Under the pieces are notes generated by a model that was not told where the DNA came from, searched no databases, and saw only the letters and a program-made list of their open reading frames with translations. Source: a virus. From it: a DNA stretch of 64,000 nt. This document shows, in pieces, positions 57,002 to 64,000 of the stretch. Position numbers and translations under genes: made by a program. The first letter of the stretch is position 1. Every line of letters starts with the position of its first letter. The DNA lies in the IMG/VR virus record IMGVR_UViG_3300008111_000001. One strand, given 5' to 3'.

Positions 57002-57562
57002 TCAAGCCTTCTTACCGCTGAGAATGGTAGATGCATTCACGTCAGCGGGAGTCTTGGCAAGGGGGTTGATAGCTTTGGGAGAGTAAGAACGCTTGCGCGG
57101 TCGATACTTCTTGTTGGGGACAGACACCAAGGTGTAAGTATGGTTGACAGGGTTGGGAGAACGGTCGTCAACCGTAATGACAGCGCCAGCGCTAGAGAGA
57201 AATTTAATCATATTAATGATGCTAGCATAGCTGGACTTGGAAGTCTTGGTGATTTGTGAAATACTGTGAGGCTTTCCGTCGACAAGCATTTCGGCAGCAT
57301 AACGGGTTCGTCCGTGAGCGCTGTTAAGGTTGGACTTGTAGACGTAAAGGCTTGCAATGAAGAGACGAGCGTTGTAAACTTCGCCTTCAATGGCAGAAGC
57401 AATGCTAGAAGCAGGTGCTTCCTTGCTGGTAACAGTAGGGAGTGACAAGGAAATAGGCTGAGAGATTTGCAGAAGCATGGTAACAATGCTCTGCAGTTCA
57501 GCCTGTGTTCCTTCGATGGTGATCTTGGTGCTGGTGTTTGGGATGTTTAGGGTGATGTTCAT
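57002..57562 (-). CDS. winged-helix DNA-binding protein
   Basis: MLVDGKPHSISQITKTSKSSYASI..M..FL..AGAVI..TYTL. Confidence 0.65.
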   Translation of the reverse strand: MNITLNIPNTSTKITIEGTQAELQSIVTMLLQISQPISLSLPTVTSKEAPASSIASAIEGEVYNARLFIASLYVYKSNLNSAHGRTRYAAEMLVDGKPHSISQITKTSKSSYASIINMIKFLSSAGAVITVDDRSPNPVNHTYTLVSVPNKKYRPRKRSYSPKAINPLAKTPADVNASTILSGKKA

Positions 57563-58023
57563 GAAGTGGCTTTCTTGTTCTTGAAATTCTTCAGGGACTG
57601 GTTTACTTTGAGTGTTTGAGGGTCTTGCTTCTTGGTAGTAGACAAGAGGGCTTTCTTCTGAGCTTGCTTAGTTTCGTGCTCGGAGATTGTGAACTTATAG
57701 TTCTTGTCTCCACGACGAATGATGATGTAAGCATCTCGGGACTTGACAAGCTTAACTCCCATTACTTCGATGTCTTCGAAAGGCATAGCAGTCAGCTTGA
57801 TGGGGTTTTCGGGATCGGAAAGATCAAAGACGCCAATGTGAGTGGCGTTCTTGGTGAACCTAATTCCGTATCGGGAAGAGCCCTTTGCTCCAAGAAATTT
57901 ACCGTTGAAGTCGTTGGAAAGTTCCACGAGAGTGAAAGCTTTGACGACTTGCATCGTCTTATCAGGGTTGATGTAATAGTGAACGAGATAACAGTTTTTA
58001 AATGCTTCTGAAAGATGAGACAT
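57559..58023 (-). CDS. hypothetical basic protein
   Basis: 154 aa, AGGAG RBS. Confidence 0.7.
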   Translation of the reverse strand: MSHLSEAFKNCYLVHYYINPDKTMQVVKAFTLVELSNDFNGKFLGAKGSSRYGIRFTKNATHIGVFDLSDPENPIKLTAMPFEDIEVMGVKLVKSRDAYIIIRRGDKNYKFTISEHETKQAQKKALLSTTKKQDPQTLKVNQSLKNFKNKKATS

Positions 58024-58116
58024 GATTATCTCCTATTTATAATGTTTACAATGATGTTGTTTAAGTTTGTGTTGGCGTATAAGACGCCAGATTTTTGTAT
58101 ATACAGTTTCTTCGAG

Positions 58117-58190
58117 CGCTCCCGGTACGATTCGAACGTACGACCGATGGATTAGAAGTCCATTGCTCTATCCAGCTGAGCTACGGAAGC
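58117..58190 (-). tRNA. tRNA-Arg(UCU)
   Basis: GCTTCCG/CGGGAGC acceptor, ATGGA-CTTCTAA-TCCAT arm; TGGTATAAT extended -10 at 58200-58208. Confidence 0.95.
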
Positions 58191-58222
58191 AACCGGTATA
58201 TTATACCAGATTTGCAGAAAAT

Positions 58223-58474
58223 TTAGAAGGGGGATTCTTCAGAATTTTCTGGAGTTTCAGTGTTGGAAAGGTATTTGATTGACTTCTCCACAATGTCAGC
58301 CAAAGACTTGGTAAAGTCTAGAAGCTGGACTTTGTCTTGGAAGAAGTAAGTGATAGTGTTATCAGCGCAGTTTATAGAGATAGTTGTGAATTCACTTGGG
58401 GCAGTGTAAACCTGAAATTGGGATTTGATGATTGGGTTTTGGACGGGGAGATGTACATTAGTTGTAGTTGACAT
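58223..58474 (-). CDS. hypothetical protein
   Basis: 83 aa, AAGGA RBS, ends ESPF. Confidence 0.65.
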   Translation of the reverse strand: MSTTTNVHLPVQNPIIKSQFQVYTAPSEFTTISINCADNTITYFFQDKVQLLDFTKSLADIVEKSIKYLSNTETPENSEESPF

Positions 58475-58621
58475 TTTTGATGTCCTTTAGTGGTGTAGAG
58501 GTGGGGATATGGTTGGATAAACATTGGGACTTATCTCTGGCAGGATGCCAGGAAATGTCGCAGATGATACAGCGACGTTTGTTGTCCATGTTTATCCAGA
58601 TATGTGATTGGTGTTGTGTGG

Positions 58622-59038
58622 TCATGTTGGGGGATTTTGGTTAAGTTTGAGGAGTTCCAAACTTTTGATCATACCGGGAGTGAGATCCCGGTATCCGACG
58701 ACCATTAGTCCTGCGTAATTCTCTTCTAGTACTTTTTCACAGTCCTGAAGAGTTCCACGATATAGGACGAAGTCGTCTTGGATGTCGATCACAAAATATT
58801 GTCGCATAGAATGCTCCTTAATAATTGAGCGTGTACGCTCGTATGTTAGACCATATTTTCGGGAAATTTTGATAATAGATCTCCCAGAAATATGTTCTTG
58901 AACCATAGCGTTGTTGCGATGGACACGCTGAAGGATGGTTAGATTGTCTTTAGGCATGTTGTCACCAAGAATATTGGCAGCCATCCATATGGCTGGTGGA
59001 CTGCTCTTTGCAGACTGATATCGGGTGTCCGCCGGCAA
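58622..59038 (-). CDS. HTH (sigma-70 region-4-like) protein (likely start 58957)
   Basis: GRSIIKISRKYGLTYERTRSII. Confidence 0.55.
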   Translation of the reverse strand: MPADTRYQSAKSSPPAIWMAANILGDNMPKDNLTILQRVHRNNAMVQEHISGRSIIKISRKYGLTYERTRSIIKEHSMRQYFVIDIQDDFVLYRGTLQDCEKVLEENYAGLMVVGYRDLTPGMIKSLELLKLNQNPPT

Positions 59039-59267
59039 AGAAGTTGTCTTTAAATTCCTGCGGGAACATATCGATAAATCTGATAGAGCAGTCGTGGCAT
59101 AGACAGATGGAGTCTAAAGCGTCACAGGACGCTTCGTCCATGGGGTCTGTCATCATGCCGTAGCCTGTATGGATGGAGATGTGTAGTCCGCCAATGGGCT
59201 GAATGCCGGTGTTATGATACCCAAATTCATTGGGGGTATCTTTCTGGCACATGGTGCATAAGGGCAT
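58962..59267 (-). CDS. Cys-rich hypothetical protein
   Basis: CTMC..GYG..D..LCHDC; AAGGA RBS. Confidence 0.7.
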   Translation of the reverse strand: MPLCTMCQKDTPNEFGYHNTGIQPIGGLHISIHTGYGMMTDPMDEASCDALDSICLCHDCSIRFIDMFPQEFKDNFFAGGHPISVCKEQSTSHMDGCQYSW

Positions 59268-59363
59268 ATTTAGTCCTTTACTTGAAAAAGCCTTTGAACG
59301 AGATGCGAATAATGAGATATATGAGGATAATGAATGATGCTGTATTGAAGAATTCCAGCATGA

Positions 59364-59567
59364 TTAGTCTCCGACGTATGTCCATAAGTGGGCATAATGA
59401 GTTTGCCCTAAGCTGTATTCTTCTTGAGAGATGATTCCAGCTTGTAGGGCAGAACGCCAATATACTGCACGGGAGTTATAAGAGTATTCATCTGGTACGT
59501 TGGTTTGGGCCCAAAGAGTAACTTTAATCATAAGTGCTTTGAATTGTTCTTGTTCTTGAGTGATCAT
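59364..59567 (-). CDS. hypothetical protein
   Basis: 67 aa, AAGGAG RBS. Confidence 0.65.
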   Translation of the reverse strand: MITQEQEQFKALMIKVTLWAQTNVPDEYSYNSRAVYWRSALQAGIISQEEYSLGQTHYAHLWTYVGD

Positions 59568-59610
59568 TGGTCTTCGTCTCCTTCAAGATGGGTAAATTGA
59601 TTTTTGGTAA

Positions 59611-59943
59611 TCATAATCTAAAGGTTATGTCCTTAACGGATTCTTGTAAAAGTGAATTTTTTGTATTTTGTAATTTTTCAATTACAAGATTGGCTTTATC
59701 CAATTCATCAATTTCTTGATTAATTTTATTTACTTCATCAATAAGATGAGGAAAATTTTGCGAAGCTGACTCAATTATTATGGAAACAATTGCACTAATG
59801 GACATTTTGTAAGATATACTTAGTTGTTCAAGCATGTCGCCAGTAGATAGTTTAAGAGTGGGACCCATAGTGATTTTTCTAGTACCCTCTTGTGTACGGA
59901 GAAAGTTTTTGCCAAGTCTGCTAGTTTTGTAATTATTAGTCAT
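59611..59943 (-). CDS. hypothetical protein (possible ribbon-helix-helix plus coiled coil)
   Basis: 110 aa ORF, operonic. Confidence 0.6.
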   Translation of the reverse strand: MTNNYKTSRLGKNFLRTQEGTRKITMGPTLKLSTGDMLEQLSISYKMSISAIVSIIIESASQNFPHLIDEVNKINQEIDELDKANLVIEKLQNTKNSLLQESVKDITFRL

Positions 59944-60263
59944 TGATCTTCATCTCCTTCAAGTAAACTTGGGATGTCTAATTCTGAATCCATGTTTTCC
60001 CAGATAGACATATTGGATTTCAGAACAGATTTCATCAGGTTCTGAATACCGTCCATCTGAAGCTGTACAATCTGCTCAGGGGTTTCCATGGCGTAGACTC
60101 GGACTCCAGTTGAGAGATAAACCATAGTCATAGGCATTTCAATGCCTTCCTCAGGTTCATAGGTGTCTCGGCGCATCATAGTGATGAATGCTGGATTAAC
60201 TTCGACCTTGTCTGCGTCAAGGTCTGTAAGGGTAATAAAGTTAATCATATTGTTTTGTGACAT
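59940..60263 (-). CDS. FlbD-like small beta protein
   Basis: FITLTDL..VEVNP.FI..TMVYLSTG.RVY.METPEQI resembles the FlbD pattern. Confidence 0.55.
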   Translation of the reverse strand: MSQNNMINFITLTDLDADKVEVNPAFITMMRRDTYEPEEGIEMPMTMVYLSTGVRVYAMETPEQIVQLQMDGIQNLMKSVLKSNMSIWENMDSELDIPSLLEGDEDQ

Positions 60264-60367
60264 GACTTCTCCTTAGAGTGTGAGTTTATTAGATTGATGA
60301 TTTAATGTATCCGTATAATGCTGAAGCAATGATACCGATTACGATTGAAGAGATAAAGAATAGCATT

Positions 60368-60577
60368 TTATTTAGCTCCTTCTTGAGAGGTGGGTTTGAT
60401 GGCTAGGATTGTGTAACCGATGTGATGGTCTAGTTCGACGGCATCATAATACAATCTTTTTACCATATCTTTGTGTCGAATATTGGTGGTATTCTTGGAG
60501 ATCTGGTAGAGAGAATTGCTGATGCTGGTCATCATATCGGTGATCTGTTGTAGGGTGAGTGTGTTTGTGTAGGTCAT
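60368..60577 (-). CDS. hypothetical helical protein
   Basis: 69 aa ORF. Confidence 0.55.
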   Translation of the reverse strand: MTYTNTLTLQQITDMMTSISNSLYQISKNTTNIRHKDMVKRLYYDAVELDHHIGYTILAIKPTSQEGAK

Positions 60578-60915
60578 AGGTGTGGTTGTGTAGGGTTAGA
60601 GGGATAGGGGTGTGGGTGTAAGAGAGGGGGGAGTATGCCTGTTGCGATAGAAAATCGCCGGCAAAACAAAATGAAGACAGAATATCCAAAGTAAAGATAA
60701 CCAATAAGATACTTATCTTCTCTTTATTGTATATACAAAAGTATAAGGATAATAATAATATGATATCCTGATGTGCAGAATGATATATTCTGACGTTATG
60801 TATGGGTTCCCCCACGAGAGGTCTCGTTTTTTTCGTTTGTGAAACAAAAATGCTAGAGGCCACGGTAGGGACACCACCTGAACCCTACCGTGACTCTCCA
60901 GTTGGTAGGAAAATC

Positions 60916-61131
60916 CTACACGGTCAACTCGACATTATAGAGTCTCTTGAAGTCTCGTCTCATGGGGTGCAGTGCGGATTCTGTTCCGTGAGTTGTGTAC
61001 ATTGGTCCTTGTATCGTGGAGGGAGGGTAGATACTGTAGGACCCGGACTTCTTATGTATCACATTGAATCCAAGTCTTTCAAGTTCTTTGAAGACTTGTT
61101 TCATGGATTTTGATTGATGCTGTCTAGGCAT
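60916..61131 (-). CDS. HicA-like (dsRBD-fold) protein
   Basis: KELERLGF.V..KKSGSY.IYPP..TTHGT. Confidence 0.55.
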   Translation of the reverse strand: MPRQHQSKSMKQVFKELERLGFNVIHKKSGSYSIYPPSTIQGPMYTTHGTESALHPMRRDFKRLYNVELTV

Positions 61132-61211
61132 CTTGTTGTGTACTCCTTCGAGATGTGTATTGGATTTTCCTTCCGGGCATCCAGTATATCATCTCTCTAT
61201 AGAAATGCAAC

Positions 61212-61433
61212 CTATCTTCGTAGGTTTTTTTCTGGGATAAGGTATTGGATTTCATATTTGGGCGCCGGCGAGAAAGACTCAAGCTTTGTCTTGTATACGG
61301 ATGCTCCATATTGGGAATGGAACGGTCCGTGTACGACTGTGCTTTCTTTGTCTTTTTCTACGATCACCCAAATCATAAAAATCCCGCTTGCAGCTATAGG
61401 TCTATTTGTTATTTTTTTTACACAAATAGCCAT
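61212..61433 (-). CDS. hypothetical protein
   Basis: 73 aa, VHGPF.S...A pattern. Confidence 0.5.
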   Translation of the reverse strand: MAICVKKITNRPIAASGIFMIWVIVEKDKESTVVHGPFHSQYGASVYKTKLESFSPAPKYEIQYLIPEKNLRR

Positions 61434-61573
61434 AGCTACTGCGCTTATAATATCTTATCATATGGGTCCCCCCCGGCTTCGCCGGGTCCCCCCCAAAAGT
61501 CTAATAAGATATTTTTTATTACATACATAGAGAGGAGTATACAGATACCATAAGGCACCCATATACTCCTCTC

Positions 61574-61611
61574 GCGTGTATATGTCATTTGTTGCGTGTA
61601 TATGTCATTTG
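61574..61611 (+). repeat. 18-bp direct repeat GCGTGTATATGTCATTTG x2
   Basis: copies at 61574-61591 and 61594-61611. Confidence 0.85.
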
Positions 61612-61835
61612 GCGAACATCTTTTTCCAGCATTCGGGATGAATGCCAGTCATGATTTGTTCGCGTTGTTCTGCATTGAGTGAGGGAAAGGCATCCTGAAT
61701 GAGGGCGCCTTGTTCCCACTTTTTGATGCCGGCGAAGTAGATGTCCGAAGAGATCTGTAGTTCGCCTGTTTTGCCACATTGCCAACACCTGGGAGTGTTG
61801 ATGGTGGCCATTCTGATGTCAGTGGTCACTGCCAT
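61605..61835 (-). CDS. Zn-ribbon hypothetical protein
   Basis: CWQCG..GALIQDAFPSL.AEQRE.IMTG.H..CW..MF; GGAGG RBS. Confidence 0.75.
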   Translation of the reverse strand: MAVTTDIRMATINTPRCWQCGKTGELQISSDIYFAGIKKWEQGALIQDAFPSLNAEQREQIMTGIHPECWKKMFAK

Positions 61836-62022
61836 CCTCCGTTTCTTGAATCGTAGTTGCTGAATGATGAGCCCGAATCCGGACTGTGTGTGAAACAGTA
61901 CGGTTCGTCATGGTACAGGATATGATAGTCACATCCTTCTTTTTCGCACTTGTGCCGGCAGGGTTCTGTTTCACAAAGATGAAATTCCATTAGATGTCTC
62001 CTATTCCGTAGGTGAATTTGAT

Positions 62023-62337
62023 TCAGTGGGGTTCCAAGCCCAGTCTGTGGCGACGGTCATTGTCGACCTTGCGCACGTGGTGCAACACCGTCAAGATGTC
62101 GTCTCGCTTGAAGTACTTCAACTTGTCGTTGATTTCCTTCAGCTCGGTGAGCGAGAACATCTTGTCGGCCTGGGCGACCATGTTCTCCACGAACTCCTTG
62201 GACTCCTTGAGTCCGGAGCCGAACACCTCGCGGGTGACCTTGATCATGGGGATCATGTTGGCGTTGGTGGGTCCGAACAGCGCCTCGTGGGTGTTGAGCT
62301 CGCACTCCACCGGGGTCATCAGGATGAACTTGGGCAT
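62023..62337 (-). CDS. ribosomal protein bL12 (L7/L12) C-terminal-domain-like protein
   Basis: MIKVTREVFGSGLKESKEFVE matches bL12 CTD [20 protein letters not shown]; GAGG RBS; very GC-rich third codon positions. Confidence 0.65.
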   Translation of the reverse strand: MPKFILMTPVECELNTHEALFGPTNANMIPMIKVTREVFGSGLKESKEFVENMVAQADKMFSLTELKEINDKLKYFKRDDILTVLHHVRKVDNDRRHRLGLEPH

Positions 62338-62393
62338 GACTGTACCTCTTTCTGTTTTGTATGAACTATTAAGAAATATTTTTTTATTATGAG

Positions 62394-62525
62394 TGGAGCT
62401 TAGAGGAATCGAACCTCTCTGAAATGGCCTTGCACTATGACACGGTGTCCATAATATACAGACTTTGATTAGAAATTAATCGTCTGTAATATGCTTTTAG
62501 CCAAATACTTGTAACCATTAGCCCC
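62394..62525 (-). ncRNA. 132-nt tmRNA/tRNA-Ala-like structured RNA
   Basis: 5' GGGGCT pairs with 3' AGCTCC-A (G3:U70, A73); canonical T arm AGAGG-TTCGATT-CCTCT; internal hairpins; no D stem. Confidence 0.5.
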
Positions 62526-62530
62526 TTGGG

Positions 62531-62555
62531 TGTCCGTTTTTGGCGAGAACGGACA
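62531..62555. terminator. hairpin between the 339-aa gene and the tRNA-like RNA
   Basis: TGTCCGTT/AACGGACA stem. Confidence 0.5.
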
Positions 62556-62573
62556 AACTCGTCTAACTGGGGG

Positions 62574-63593
62574 TCAGAAGGGGTCGGGATCGGCGCCGTT
62601 GTCGGAATCACCAATGGTGGTGTTCGACGTGTTGGCACGAGCCGAGTTGGTCCACAAGTCGACTTCGACCGGCGAACCATCCACGACCATAGTGAAACGA
62701 CCGCAAGGTGCGTTCACCGGATCCCAAACATTCTGGGTTTCCTGCTTGCCGTTTGGCTGGACAACGATACGCTGTTGCGCACCAGACCAGTTCGACACCC
62801 ACTGACGGGACATGGCTGCGAGCAGATCAGCGTGCTCACGAGCCTTCTGCTGCTTTTCCTGGCTCCAACCGGTAGTAGTGTCCACCTTCACTCGGAGAAG
62901 CTTGCTCTCCTTACGAAGCTGAACAACACGCTCAAAGTTGGCGACAGTTGCATCAATCAGGTTCAAGAAACCCTGCTTGGTGCGGGACTTGTCACGATTC
63001 ACGCTGCCAACCTCGAAGGCTGTGACCGGAACGCCATCGCTGTGCTGATACGCAGCTTCGATACGACCACGGTTGTTCATCGAGCCGATGACATCCTTGG
63101 CGCCTGCAGCTACGAAAGCCTCGCGAGCCTTCGTCCAGCCATCGATGCTAGCACCGAATTGCTGGAAGAAGTACGGCATGCCGTCCGTCAGGTTCAAGCC
63201 AATCTTGCGAGCGGTATCCAAGAACTGATCACGGGTGATCTTGTTCATGGACTTCTCGTTGATTGCAGCCGTGAGGACATCGATAAGATTCATCTTTTCG
63301 CCGTCCAACGTGACAAATAGGTCCATAGACACAGGACGCATGATGCCAGTGACCAGGAAGTATTCCTTGCCAGTGTTCGGGCTGATCTGCTTGAGCAGAG
63401 TCATGCGGGTCAACTTGGCGTCGTGAAGGACAGCAGAAGCAGGCACTTCGATGCCATTGATGCTGCCCTTGAACGACATTTCGCGACCAGCACGAAGCGT
63501 GACGGTCTTGCCAGTTGATTCGAACATGTCGGGCGTATCGGCCACGGCAGAGAACAAATCGAAATCAATGTTGAAATCAGTAAAGATACTCAT
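62574..63593 (-). CDS. hypothetical protein, probably highly expressed
   Basis: 339 aa, AAGGA RBS, strongly C/G-biased third positions; flanked by hairpins. Confidence 0.85.
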   Translation of the reverse strand: MSIFTDFNIDFDLFSAVADTPDMFESTGKTVTLRAGREMSFKGSINGIEVPASAVLHDAKLTRMTLLKQISPNTGKEYFLVTGIMRPVSMDLFVTLDGEKMNLIDVLTAAINEKSMNKITRDQFLDTARKIGLNLTDGMPYFFQQFGASIDGWTKAREAFVAAGAKDVIGSMNNRGRIEAAYQHSDGVPVTAFEVGSVNRDKSRTKQGFLNLIDATVANFERVVQLRKESKLLRVKVDTTTGWSQEKQQKAREHADLLAAMSRQWVSNWSGAQQRIVVQPNGKQETQNVWDPVNAPCGRFTMVVDGSPVEVDLWTNSARANTSNTTIGDSDNGADPDPF

Positions 63594-63667
63594 AGTGTTA
63601 ATGTTTCCTTTTTCTAAGTTTACTTACAGTGTTTTTCTAAAGGGACTATATGATTTTTGTTGTTTTT

Positions 63668-63712
63668 AGAAACCTGGAGAAGGGCCTGATATAGACCCAA
63701 CTCCAGGTTTCT
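63668..63712. terminator. terminator hairpin
   Basis: AGAAACCTGGAG ... CTCCAGGTTTCT inverted repeat. Confidence 0.7.
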
Positions 63713-63718
63713 GTATGG

Positions 63719-63937
63719 TCAGCTACCGGACGAGACGCCGGAGTTGAAACCACTCTTGAACTGGTTCTTTGCGGAAGAAAGACCATTCTTGGTCTTTGTA
63801 GGTGCTGCCTTGGTTGCAGACACCAACTTGCCGGTTACTTTGCCAGTCTTTTGGATGATGTTCAGCTTCATGCTGTTGCTCACTTTCTGTGTTGTGGTTT
63901 GGTTATTTTTCGCCGAAGATGGAATCGATGAGGTCAA
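63719..63937 (-). CDS. basic low-complexity hypothetical protein
   Basis: 72 aa Lys/Ser/Thr-rich; start uncertain near the window edge. Confidence 0.5.
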   Translation of the reverse strand: MTSSIPSSAKNNQTTTQKVSNSMKLNIIQKTGKVTGKLVSATKAAPTKTKNGLSSAKNQFKSGFNSGVSSGS

Positions 63938-64000
63938 AGAACCATCCGAATAGAATTTCGAACATCAGACACTGATGGGAGTGTTGCGTCGAGCCCAATC

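Noticed and set aside
61574-61611. 18-bp tandem duplication at a gene end
   Set aside because: Only two copies spanning a stop codon; most simply a local duplication with no sign of function
62435-62680. 81-aa minus-strand ORF spanning the hairpin and the tRNA-like RNA
   Set aside because: Overlaps the end of the 339-aa gene and a terminator and has no RBS; only its last 19 codons are noted as a speculative tag frame
1-64000. Stop-codon reassignment, inteins, introns/homing endonucleases, integrase or transposase
   Set aside because: Genes are intact and tightly packed under the standard code; no suppressor tRNA, intein, LAGLIDADG/HNH or recombinase motif was recognised

Overview
A 64 kb segment of a large, AT-rich tailed phage genome. 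The host is probably an actinobacterium, judged from a WhiB regulator, DUF732-like lipoproteins and a short-arm tRNA-Leu(UAA). 1-17 kb is a virion/late module: a secreted lectin-LCCL-FN3 protein, a collagen-repeat tail fibre, Gly-rich and His-rich virion proteins, then three 2OG-Fe(II) oxygenases, a flavin-dependent halogenase, a methyltransferase-like protein and a GT2 glycosyltransferase. 17-64 kb is one long minus-strand block of early/middle genes containing 7 tRNAs. The main result is an apparently complete phage-encoded ubiquitin-like conjugation system at 34.1-38.2 kb: E2-like, JAB/JAMM protease, E1/ThiF and a Ubl ending in RRAGEKG (PRTRC-like). It is followed by an AAA+ ATPase and two or three further E2-like paralogues (26.7-34.0 kb). 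Other notable items are a putative single-subunit two-barrel (YonO/QDE-1-like) RNA polymerase with a non-canonical motif order, a candidate TTACTAT phage promoter, a 132-nt tmRNA/tRNA-Ala-like RNA beside a bL12-like gene, and a rare tRNA-Ile(UAU) whose CCA end overlaps a start codon. All family assignments come from motifs read by eye; no database searches were run.
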